Positions 45,362 through 53,674 of a stretch of 64,000 bases of DNA are shown piece by piece (the stretch's first letter is position 1; every line of letters begins with the position of its first letter). The translations under genes were made by a program, and so were the position numbers. Source of the DNA: an uncultured Bacilli bacterium (lineage in GTDB: Bacteria > Bacillota_I > Bacilli_A > RF39 > UBA660); NCBI GenBank assembly GCA_934098525.1, contig CAKONZ010000006.1:23504-87503 (forward strand). The letters are read 5' to 3'. The notes under the pieces are model-generated. The model was not told the origin of the DNA. It ran no database searches and saw only the letters and a program-made list of their open reading frames with translations.

Positions 45362-46552
45362 TTAGAAATTAAACATTAACCATTCTGGTTTTACTAACAT
45401 AAGAATTCCTATTATGATCATTATTAATCCTCCAATTAAATGAGAATATTTTGTGTATTTATTGCTAATTGCGGTTACTTTGCTTGAGAATACCGCTATT
45501 AAGAAAATTATAATGTCATCGATTAGGAAGAATAAAATATAAATTAATATATATGTGCCTTTTTCTATTTTGCTTAAATTATTTAAAGAAAGAATTTCAG
45601 TAAATATTACAGGTAATCCTAAAGAACATAATAATTCAATTAGATTAACAGATGCTGCTAGAAGTATTATTCCTATTAATGATAAAATAAATTTGTTATT
45701 ATTAACTATATTTTTTATTCTAGTTACGATTTTTTTTCTTTTTGTTTGGTCTACTACTTCACATCCAGTATCTTTTTTTAATGATTTAAAGTAACTATTT
45801 ATATTAATAAGTCCAAATAATAATGCTAGAATAGATATTATTAGTCTTAGAATTGATATATTGTTTATAAATGTTGCTATATTTAGGAAGGATAGCATAA
45901 ATAAAAGATATACTAATCCTGATGTAAATATAAATGCTAATCCTAAAATAATCATTTTCTTTCGATCATGCATTCCTAATAACATTGATATTAAGAATAA
46001 AAGTATCCACATAGCACAAGGATTAAAGCCATCTACTGCTCCAATTACTACTGCTAAGAGTGGTAGAGATACTTTTTTAGCGTCTATTTTTCCTAATATA
46101 GGTACTTCATATTTAGTATCTTTGTCTTTTTTTATTGTGCTATTATTAAGAGTTTCTTCTTTTAAGCCTAGGGCTACACCTGCTTTATCATTGTAGTCTT
46201 TGTTTTGATAATATTTTATGTATCCATTTATTTTTTCTTCTGTATAGTTTTCCATAAAGCCTTGGACTACATCTTCTCCGATTACTAAGTAAGGAATACC
46301 ATTTGCTTTTATATTCATAGCATTTTGAACTTTTTTGAAGAGGTTCTGATTTTCTTCGCTATACCATATTTCATATTCATGTAATTTTATATTATCTTTA
46401 TCCTTTAAATAATCATCAAGATATTCTTCTAGGGCTTTACAATGAGGACAACCATCTCCGTAAAACAAATATAAGTCTAATTGTTTTTCTTCGGCTTTTA
46501 TGTTTGGTATAAAAGATAAAAGAGTTATAATAAATATTACTATTTTTTTCAT
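45362..46552 (-). CDS. Fusion of an extracytoplasmic thioredoxin-fold domain (CPHC) with a CcdA/DsbD-like transmembrane domain
   Basis: Signal peptide, LYLFYGDGCPHCKALE, then ~6 TM helices with intramembrane Cys motifs (GFNPCAMW, ELLCSLGLP). Start set at ATG 46552, behind GGAGTGA. Confidence 0.55.
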   Translation of the reverse strand: MKKIVIFIITLLSFIPNIKAEEKQLDLYLFYGDGCPHCKALEEYLDDYLKDKDNIKLHEYEIWYSEENQNLFKKVQNAMNIKANGIPYLVIGEDVVQGFMENYTEEKINGYIKYYQNKDYNDKAGVALGLKEETLNNSTIKKDKDTKYEVPILGKIDAKKVSLPLLAVVIGAVDGFNPCAMWILLFLISMLLGMHDRKKMIILGLAFIFTSGLVYLLFMLSFLNIATFINNISILRLIISILALLFGLININSYFKSLKKDTGCEVVDQTKRKKIVTRIKNIVNNNKFILSLIGIILLAASVNLIELLCSLGLPVIFTEILSLNNLSKIEKGTYILIYILFFLIDDIIIFLIAVFSSKVTAISNKYTKYSHLIGGLIMIIIGILMLVKPEWLMFNF

Positions 46553-46557
46553 ATACA

Positions 46558-46803
46558 TCACTCCAAAAATTGTTTTAATTCTTCAATATTTTTTTCTCCT
46601 GTAAGACGTCTTATTTCTTTTTCGTTTTCTGATTCAATTATTAACACAGGTAATATATTACCTGGATTGTATTTTTCTACGTTATCAAAATCATAATCAT
46701 ATGATTCTACTTGGTAATTATAGTTATTTATTATTTCTTCTAGTCTATTGTTCATTATAATACATGATGGACATCCTAGAGAGGTTATTTTTATTAGTTT
46801 CAT
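46558..46803 (-). CDS. Small thioredoxin/glutaredoxin-like protein (CPSC)
   Basis: 81 aa. IKITSLGCPSC active site and a cis-Pro region (ILPVLI). Confidence 0.6.
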   Translation of the reverse strand: MKLIKITSLGCPSCIIMNNRLEEIINNYNYQVESYDYDFDNVEKYNPGNILPVLIIESENEKEIRRLTGEKNIEELKQFLE

Positions 46804-46805
46804 TA

Positions 46806-47906
46806 TTATTCTCCTATATAATTATCTAATTCTTTTAAGAATGTATCTATTTCTTCTTTGGTTGTTTTATAAGAAATACTTATTCTAATTGAGGAAGTTG
46901 CTCTTTTTTCATCTTTGGTTAAATTATATATTGTTAAAGACATTTTGTTGTCACTAGAACAAGCTGTTTTTGTAGAAATGTAGATTTCTTTGTTTGAGAA
47001 GTATTCTAAGGTTTCATCTGATTCTTTATTTAAAATACTTAAATTTAATATATTAGGTATAGAGTATTTATTACTGTTTATAACTATATTTTTATATTTT
47101 TTTAGGTTTTCTTTTAGATAATTATTTAGTTCTTTGACATGTTCTTGTTTTTTATTTAAGTCAATATAAGAAAGTTCTAGAGCATATGATATTGAATCAA
47201 TTAATTCAGTTTGAGGGGTTCCGCTTCTATAAATAGTTGTACTTTTTCCACCATGAATAAGTGGAGTTAGTTTTAAATCCTTATTTTTTATTAAGCAACC
47301 AATTCCTTTAAATGTATATATTTTATGACCTGAAAATGATACTAAGTCGATGTCTTTTAAATCAATTTTTTCTTTACCTATTAATTGAGTTATATCACTA
47401 TGAAAAATTATATTGGGATATTTTTTTAAGACTTTTTTTATTTCTTCTAGTGGTTGTTTTATACCTGTTTCAGAATTAACTGCTGTTATTGATACTAAGA
47501 ATGTATCGGAGGTTAGCATTTTTTCTAAAGCTTTTATGTCTACTCTACCATATTCATCTAATTTAGCAAATGATATTTTGTATCCTTGTTTTTGTAAATA
47601 CCCTACTGGAGAAAGAATTGAAGAGTGTTCTAGAGAGGTAGTTATAATATGTTTTTTTTCTTTTAATAAACCTTTCATTACAAGATTATTTGATTCACTA
47701 GCACCACTTGTAAATATGATTTCTTTGTCTTCTAAGTTTAATACTTTATTTATTCTTTTCTCTGCTTCATCAATTATTGATTTTGATTTTAAACCTAATT
47801 TATGTTTTGAATTAGGGTTTGCAAAATAATTATCTGTTATATAGTTAAATCTTTCTAATACTTTTTTATCTACTTTGGTTGTAGCTGAATAGTCTAAATA
47901 TATCAT
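46806..47906 (-). CDS. Cysteine desulfurase (class V aminotransferase, NifS/IscS-like)
   Basis: YLDYSATT, SGHKIY (PLP Lys) and STKTACSS (catalytic Cys). Start set at ATG 47906, behind GGTGAT. Confidence 0.85.
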   Translation of the reverse strand: MIYLDYSATTKVDKKVLERFNYITDNYFANPNSKHKLGLKSKSIIDEAEKRINKVLNLEDKEIIFTSGASESNNLVMKGLLKEKKHIITTSLEHSSILSPVGYLQKQGYKISFAKLDEYGRVDIKALEKMLTSDTFLVSITAVNSETGIKQPLEEIKKVLKKYPNIIFHSDITQLIGKEKIDLKDIDLVSFSGHKIYTFKGIGCLIKNKDLKLTPLIHGGKSTTIYRSGTPQTELIDSISYALELSYIDLNKKQEHVKELNNYLKENLKKYKNIVINSNKYSIPNILNLSILNKESDETLEYFSNKEIYISTKTACSSDNKMSLTIYNLTKDEKRATSSIRISISYKTTKEEIDTFLKELDNYIGE

Positions 47907-47954
47907 AATATCACCACTTTTTAATTTTATCATATTTGTAATAATAAAAAAACC

Positions 47955-48488
47955 TTATTTAAGGTTTTTTCTCGTTAATACTTTTGATTTATCTTTGTAA
48001 TCTTTTAGTATTTCTTTAAGCATTAAGCAATTTTGTTTATATTCTATAGTTCCATACGCTATTAATGATTTATTTAATGCTTGTTCTATATATTTTATAT
48101 CAAATCCTTGATCTATATATGCTTGTAAAACGCTGATTAAATAATCTTTATTTGGTATTGCTAATTGATAATAATTACTCATGAAATACGCTAAGGCTTT
48201 TTGTTTATTACTTTCTTCTGTTTGATATTTTATTTTCTTTCTATCATATAAATTTGGATAGTTTTCACATTCATCTAAAAGTTGTAAATCTTTTTTAGTA
48301 ATATTATATATTACTATTGGAATGCTTGAAAATTTGTTTTTACATAGTGTAAGATAAGCTTTATTATTTATTCCTCGAAATGATAAACTATATCCTTTTA
48401 GTGTCCCTTTTTCTATAATTTCTGCTTCGGGACATCTTAATTTCATTAAATCTTCATCTAAATTACTACCATACGCTATATATTTCAT
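47955..48488 (-). CDS. Gamma-glutamylcyclotransferase (AIG2/GGACT-like) family protein
   Basis: N-terminal YIAYGSNL motif. Confidence 0.65.
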   Translation of the reverse strand: MKYIAYGSNLDEDLMKLRCPEAEIIEKGTLKGYSLSFRGINNKAYLTLCKNKFSSIPIVIYNITKKDLQLLDECENYPNLYDRKKIKYQTEESNKQKALAYFMSNYYQLAIPNKDYLISVLQAYIDQGFDIKYIEQALNKSLIAYGTIEYKQNCLMLKEILKDYKDKSKVLTRKNLK

Positions 48489-48626
48489 ATTATCCCTTCT
48501 TTCTTTTGTGCTTATATATTTTACTACTTTTTTTCAACTTTGTAAATGTGTTTTTTTTAAAATATAAAAAGAACAAATGAATGTCCTTTTTAGTCAAAAA
48601 CACATAAAATATATTAGGTGATTAGA

Positions 48627-48833
48627 ATGAGACATAGTTGTTTTTGTAATTGTTCTGCTTGTAAATATAAAAGAAAAAATAGTGGTTGTTATATAGGACT
48701 TATTGGAATTTGGGTTTTAATACTTTTATATCAAGCTTTAATTACTATGTTTTTTACATTAACTTTTAATGCAGTTATTTTGTTTATTGAAATTGCTATA
48801 TTTTTCTTTCTTATATTAGGACTTATACTCTGA
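48627..48833 (+). CDS. Hypothetical small membrane protein with a Cys-rich N-terminus
   Basis: MRHSCFCNCSACKYKRKNSGC followed by two TM helices. AGGTGA RBS. The 3' end overlaps the convergent gene by 18 nt. Confidence 0.35.
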   Translation: MRHSCFCNCSACKYKRKNSGCYIGLIGIWVLILLYQALITMFFTLTFNAVILFIEIAIFFFLILGLIL

Positions 48834-49688
48834 TATGTTTTTATCTGTGTTATATATATATTTAAGTAAATTATTTACTTTTTTTGTGTTTTCATATTCA
48901 TTGTTATTAAATTTTATTTTATATGGAATAGAGATAAGTAAAAATAGAAGAGATTTTTCATCTTCTGTTAATGGGTATCTTTTTTCATATTCTTCTAAAA
49001 GAAAGGTAAAATCAATATTATCATATTCATTTAAATATAGATTATATAAATCATATATTGGCATGTCAAATTTTGATTTATCCCAACTTATAAAATAAGC
49101 ATTTTCATTTTTTAAATAATGAGACAATCTTAAATTATTATGATTTAATACTACTCTTTTTTTATCTACTTCTTTTACATATTCATACCAATTTTCTAAT
49201 GATGTTTTACAATATTCTATATTTGAGTTTATCTTAGTTATGTTTCTTATTAATAAATAATGAGATGGGGACATATATTCCTCATCTTCTATTTCTTCTG
49301 TTAAATTGTTAAAATATTTTTCTAAATCTTCTATTTTATTATTTATATCTTCATAAATAATTTTATATTCATCTATATCTGTTCTTTTATAATGAGTTGT
49401 TTTTTGATGAAGTAAGCTTAATAAATTTATTAGATCAATTGATCTTTCTTCGATAGGAATATTGGTATCATTAATATACTCATATACATCATAATTAGTT
49501 GTTTCATAATAATTTGGAAAATAATTAAAGTTTCTTGATATTAAATAATTAAAAGTATCATTTAAATCTTTATTTTTCTTTTTAAATATATATTTATTAT
49601 TATTTGCTAATACTTCTATTACTGAGTTTATTTTCTTGTATCCAGTTGGTGATATTTTTAATTCTTTTATATCTTCTTTGTTAATCAT
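48816..49688 (-). CDS. CotS/YsxE-like spore-coat protein (kinase-like fold)
   Basis: Position directly downstream of the SpoVID-like gene, as with B. subtilis spoVID-ysxE. Has an APH-like ...SHYL...FISWDKSKFDMPIYDL region. Confidence 0.5.
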   Translation of the reverse strand: MINKEDIKELKISPTGYKKINSVIEVLANNNKYIFKKKNKDLNDTFNYLISRNFNYFPNYYETTNYDVYEYINDTNIPIEERSIDLINLLSLLHQKTTHYKRTDIDEYKIIYEDINNKIEDLEKYFNNLTEEIEDEEYMSPSHYLLIRNITKINSNIEYCKTSLENWYEYVKEVDKKRVVLNHNNLRLSHYLKNENAYFISWDKSKFDMPIYDLYNLYLNEYDNIDFTFLLEEYEKRYPLTEDEKSLLFLLISIPYKIKFNNNEYENTKKVNNLLKYIYNTDKNISEYKS

Positions 49689-50295
49689 TTGGTATTATTA
49701 ATTTTATTCCAGTATGGATGTTTTCTATGTCATTGTATTCTTTTAGTTTTTCTTTAGTAGTATTTGAACGCTCTAATATTTTATCTAATGTGTCATCTTC
49801 TTTAACAATATATATATTATATGTTAAGTATGTTTCCTCAGTATTTATTGGATTTACTGTATTAATTAAATCTGGTTTTTTAGAGTCTACTATATTAACT
49901 CTTTTTTCTTCTTTTGATACTACTGGTATTGTTTCATCTTCTTTTTCTATACATCTTTTTTCTTCAACTTGTTCTTCTTTTCTTACTAAGTTATTAATTG
50001 CTACTTCTATTGATATTTTTAGTTTTTCATTATTAATAACTTCATAGTTAAAATCTTCAATATCAATAGTGGCATCATAAGTATCATAGTCATCACTAAT
50101 AGCTATTTCACATGGAACTTTATAGCTATAGTTTTCATCTTTTTCATCACTTGAATAACTTCCTTTTATATAAAAGTTTCCTGATATTAAATCATCGTTT
50201 TTTAGTATTAAATCATTGTCAAGTGATATACTGATAAGATCTTTAATTTTCTTTTTAAAGATTATTTCTTTTTCAAATGGTATTATTTGTTTCAT
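49681..50295 (-). CDS. spoVID: SpoVID-like morphogenetic protein (SPOCS domain + C-terminal LysM)
   Basis: N-terminus F.KEI.F...I..LISISLDNDL...G.F.I.G.Y and ..IDIEDFNYEV....L.I.V.. are colinear with the SpoVID N-domain. C-terminal LysM is YNIYIVKEDDTLDKILERSNTTKEKLKEYN. Confidence 0.65.
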   Translation of the reverse strand: MKQIIPFEKEIIFKKKIKDLISISLDNDLILKNDDLISGNFYIKGSYSSDEKDENYSYKVPCEIAISDDYDTYDATIDIEDFNYEVINNEKLKISIEVAINNLVRKEEQVEEKRCIEKEDETIPVVSKEEKRVNIVDSKKPDLINTVNPINTEETYLTYNIYIVKEDDTLDKILERSNTTKEKLKEYNDIENIHTGIKLIIPND

Positions 50296-50313
50296 ACATA
50301 TCCTCCTAGAAAA

Positions 50314-50342
50314 AGTATATGTATTAGTAATAAAATAATGAA
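50314..50342 (-). promoter_or_regulatory. Possible sigma-E-type promoter of the spoVID-like gene
   Basis: TTCATTAT, 13 nt, CATATACT on the minus strand. This only approximates the kmATATT / CATACAnT consensus. Confidence 0.25.
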
Positions 50343-50373
50343 AAAAAGAAGCATATATTTTTGATATGCTTCT
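50341..50373 (-). terminator. Terminator of the csoR/metallothionein-like unit
   Basis: AGAAGCATAT-loop-ATATGCTTCT 10-bp stem followed by T6-7 on the minus strand. Confidence 0.7.
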
Positions 50374-50389
50374 AAGTATTTAAATTCTA

Positions 50390-50542
50390 TTATTTTGAAC
50401 ATTCACATTCTTTGTTGTTTTGACATCCACATGTACAGTTTTCATCACATGTGCAATTTCCTTCTTCACAGCCACAAGTACATTCTTTGCCTTCGTTGCA
50501 ACCGCAAGTACAATCGTCATTACAAACTTTTTTTTCTTCCAT
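50390..50542 (-). CDS. Cys-rich (14/50) metallothionein-like small protein (not in the ORF track)
   Basis: Hand translation: MEEKKVCNDDCTCGCNEGKECTCGCEEGNCTCDENCTCGCQNNKECECSK. AGGAGG lies 5 nt before the ATG, and a terminator follows 17 nt after the stop. Confidence 0.7.
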   Translation of the reverse strand: MEEKKVCNDDCTCGCNEGKECTCGCEEGNCTCDENCTCGCQNNKECECSK

Positions 50543-50551
50543 TTTTTCCTC

Positions 50552-50835
50552 CTAATCATTGAATCTTTTAAATAAACTTGTTAATTCATCAATTACTTCT
50601 TCATCTTTTATATCATCAGAAATGCATCGATAAACATGGTTCTCAAACATAAGATTTGCTAAACTTTTTAATGATTTTTCTGCCGCTACTATTTGAATCA
50701 ATATGTTATTACAATATTTATCTTCTTAATCATTTTTTTAATTCCATCTAGTTGACCATTTATTCTATTAATTCTACTTAATAGTTGATTTTTTTCTTCA
50801 GAATTACGTTTTGTTGTTTTGCAACATTCACTCAT
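50552..50835 (-). pseudogene. csoR: CsoR-family metal-sensing repressor interrupted by a 1-nt frameshift
   Basis: Frame a reads MSECCKTTKRNSEEKNQLLSRINRINGQLDGIKKMI then stops after 8 more codons. Frame b continues EDKYCNNILIQIVAAEKSLKSLANLMFENHVYRCISDD...FKRFND*. The joined sequence is colinear with B. subtilis CsoR, including the C...H...C ligands. The span is 284 nt (3n+2). Confidence 0.75.
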
Positions 50836-50904
50836 ATTTTCACCACCTATTAAATTATAAAATATTTACATTAAAAAAGTAAATAAGGGGGTATATTGTA
50901 ATAA

Positions 50905-51435
50905 TTATCTTAAATATTTATTGTATTTCATTTCTTCTTCTAGAGTTGTTGTTTTACCATGACCTGGATATAATGTTATATCTAATGGATAGGTTTTTAT
51001 TTTTTCGATACTTTTTAGCATATCGTCATAATTTCCTCCTAGTAGATCTACTCTACCAATTGAATCAAAAAATAAGAAATCACCAGTAAACATTACTTTA
51101 TAGTCTTCAAAATATATACAAATACTATCAGGAGTGTGTCCTTTGGTATATATTACCTTGAAATTAAATTCATCTATTTTTTGAGGGCCTTCAAAAAGAT
51201 TGTCATAATTGTATATATTTATAGAATACATCTCACTTAAATCTTTAGCGTATTTTGTATGATCTTTATGTGAATGGGTAGTAATTATTCCTACTGGTTG
51301 TAATTCTAATTCTCTTATTCTTGATATTATAAAATTTTCATCATCACCTGGGTCTATTATTAAACATTTTTTATCTTTATATAACAAATAACAATTAGCT
51401 TCTAGGTCTCCAACTTTTAATATATCTATATTCAT
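50905..51435 (-). CDS. MBL-fold hydrolase (glyoxalase II-like)
   Basis: THSHKDH (HxHxDH), GHTPDS and PGHG. Confidence 0.8.
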   Translation of the reverse strand: MNIDILKVGDLEANCYLLYKDKKCLIIDPGDDENFIISRIRELELQPVGIITTHSHKDHTKYAKDLSEMYSINIYNYDNLFEGPQKIDEFNFKVIYTKGHTPDSICIYFEDYKVMFTGDFLFFDSIGRVDLLGGNYDDMLKSIEKIKTYPLDITLYPGHGKTTTLEEEMKYNKYLR

Positions 51436-52730
51436 TTTAATCCCTCTTTATATGCATCTGTTAACCATGTTGGATCTTTACAACCCATGAATGGTATTAC
51501 AGCGTTTTTGTGTTTATATAATTTACTTATTGTTTCTTTTGATATTTTTTCAGCATTAGGTATTAAATTTATTATTAAATCTGATGTGACATTTGGGAAA
51601 TCTTCAAATTTTTCACGAGCTGGTTCAATGTCTGTTACATATACTTTATCAGCCTCAGATAATACTTTGGCAAATTCTTTATAGAAAGCTTTAGTTCTTG
51701 ATATTGTATATGGTATTAAAACTGCCACTAATTCTTTGTCTGGATATTTTTGTCTAGCTGTTTGTAAAACTGTTTGAACTTCGGTTGGATGATGAGCATA
51801 ATCATCTACTAATACTACATCATTTATTTTTTCTTCAGCAAATCTTCTTTTAGCGCCTTTAAATAAATTTAAATATTTTATTATGTCTTCTTTTGATATT
51901 TTTTCTAAATAGCAAACATAAATACACGCTAAGGCATTTAATACCATGTGTTTTCCATATATATTTAGATTAAAATGTCCAAAGAATGTGTTGTTTATAT
52001 AAACATCAAAACTACTACCATCTGTTCTAAAATCAGCATTTTTGGCTACAACATCATTATTTTCATTAAATCCATAATATATTATCTTGTCTGATTTTAA
52101 TTTTCTAACATTTTCATCATCACCACACGCTATTACTTTATAAGTTGTCTTATCTATAAATTTTTGAAATGTTTCTATTATATCATTTATATCTTTGTAA
52201 CAATCAACATGATCTAATTCAATATTGGTTACTACTGCATATTTTGGTAAATATTTTAAGAAATGTCTTTCAAATTCACATGACTCTACTACAAAAAGAT
52301 TGGTATTTTTATTAACATGACCTGTTCCATCTCCTATAAGATAATTGGTACCTATTGTATTTTCTAGTATATTTGATAATAATGCTGTAGTTGTAGTTTT
52401 ACCATGGGTACCACTTATACAAATAGCATCTAATTTTTCGGTTAACTTACCTATCATTTCATAATATCCATACATTACACATCCTAATTCTTTAGCTCTT
52501 TTGTAAGCATAATGATCTTCATGAATAGCAGCTGTATAGACAAAAATATAATCTTTTGTTAATTGATCACAATTGTCATAAATTAAAATATTTCTTTCCT
52601 TTAATACATCTTCTGTAAATGCATAGTATTTATAATCATCACAGCCAATTACTTCATTACCCCAATCATGTAGCATTGAAGCAAGAGAAGCCATACCTGA
52701 TCCTTTAATACCTGCAAAAAAATACTTCAT
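51432..52730 (-). CDS. murC: UDP-N-acetylmuramate--L-alanine ligase
   Basis: GIKGSGMASLA, ISGTHGKTTTT and DDYAHHPTE. Confidence 0.93.
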   Translation of the reverse strand: MKYFFAGIKGSGMASLASMLHDWGNEVIGCDDYKYYAFTEDVLKERNILIYDNCDQLTKDYIFVYTAAIHEDHYAYKRAKELGCVMYGYYEMIGKLTEKLDAICISGTHGKTTTTALLSNILENTIGTNYLIGDGTGHVNKNTNLFVVESCEFERHFLKYLPKYAVVTNIELDHVDCYKDINDIIETFQKFIDKTTYKVIACGDDENVRKLKSDKIIYYGFNENNDVVAKNADFRTDGSSFDVYINNTFFGHFNLNIYGKHMVLNALACIYVCYLEKISKEDIIKYLNLFKGAKRRFAEEKINDVVLVDDYAHHPTEVQTVLQTARQKYPDKELVAVLIPYTISRTKAFYKEFAKVLSEADKVYVTDIEPAREKFEDFPNVTSDLIINLIPNAEKISKETISKLYKHKNAVIPFMGCKDPTWLTDAYKEGLK

Positions 52731-52787
52731 AAAATCACCTTCTATTAATTTATATACTTAAATTATAACATATATTTAATATTTAAA

Positions 52788-52812
52788 GAAAAAAACTTCA
52801 TAATGAAGTTTT
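52788..52812 (-). terminator. Terminator downstream of the VNP-repeat membrane protein
   Basis: AAAAACTTCA-TAA-TGAAGTTTT with a T-run on the minus strand. Confidence 0.6.
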
Positions 52813-52819
52813 AAGTTTT

Positions 52820-53551
52820 TTAAAGTGTATCATTATTATTAAATTTATCACTTATACTTTCAGTTTGTCCTGTTGGTTGTTGAATTCCTGGGTTAACTGG
52901 ATTAACCGGATTAACTGGGTTAACTGGATTAACTGGATTTACTGGGTTAACCGGATTTACTGGATTAACCGGATTTACTGGATTAACTGGATTTACTGGG
53001 TTAACTGGATTTACTGAGTTAACTGAGTTCATTGTATTTACTGAATTATTATTCATATTATTGTAGCCATTCATATTATTATTTGTACCATAATTATTCA
53101 TGTTGTTATTTGTATTGTAATTGTTATTTACAGATTCATTTGCATATGATCCTTCATAATTACAATTTTTACTGAATGCTAATATAGGTATACAAATTAC
53201 TGGAAAAAATACTGTTAAGACACCAAATCCTGTTGATTTTCCAAACTTGTGTGCCAATTCGATATATAATTTAAACATTATATAAATATTTGCTATTGGT
53301 ATAAAAAATAATAAAATATTCCATGTTGGTAAGTTTGTTATTTCAAGTAAAACAATAATATTATATACAGGAACAATACATTCCCATCCTTTTTTTCCAG
53401 CTTTTTTATATAGTTTCCATAAACTAACTAATAAAAATATTCCAATTGCCATTGTTACAATCCAATAAGTTCCTAACATTGCTAAAATAGCAGCTACTCC
53501 ACTATTATTTGTTTGATAAGTAGTATACTCATAATAATTATAATTTTCCAT
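52820..53551 (-). CDS. DUF5684-like membrane protein with an N-rich and (VNP)14 C-terminal tail
   Basis: [24 protein letters not shown] is the DUF5684-type core. Start set at ATG 53551, behind AGGAGGA. Confidence 0.6.
   Translation of the reverse strand: MENYNYYEYTTYQTNNSGVAAILAMLGTYWIVTMAIGIFLLVSLWKLYKKAGKKGWECIVPVYNIIVLLEITNLPTWNILLFFIPIANIYIMFKLYIELAHKFGKSTGFGVLTVFFPVICIPILAFSKNCNYEGSYANESVNNNYNTNNNMNNYGTNNNMNGYNNMNNNSVNTMNSVNSVNPVNPVNPVNPVNPVNPVNPVNPVNPVNPVNPVNPVNPVNPGIQQPTGQTESISDKFNNNDTL
52890..53015 (-). repeat. In-frame 9-nt tandem repeat, about 14 units, encoding (V-N-P)n
   Basis: gggttaact / ggattaacc / ggatttact variants are repeated head to tail. Confidence 0.9.
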
Positions 53552-53674
53552 AAATGTCCTCCTATGATATATTAAATAGAATACAATCACTCTACTTTAA
53601 TTAGAGTTTATCATAAAAAACAATTTAAGACAACATTTTATTTTTTATTATTTTAACTATTAGTCAACTGACTT

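Noticed and set aside
50885-50894. AAGGGGGTAT as a complete CsoR operator
   Set aside because: Only one GC-rich half-site is present, and the expected complementary TACCC half is replaced by TAAAT. It is kept only as a weak note under the csoR finding.
52890-53015. Regular short repeats that could superficially suggest a CRISPR-like or satellite array
   Set aside because: The period is only 9 nt with no spacers, and the repeats are in frame within a CDS ((VNP)n). The same reasoning applies to 1745-1864. No CRISPR array exists in this window.
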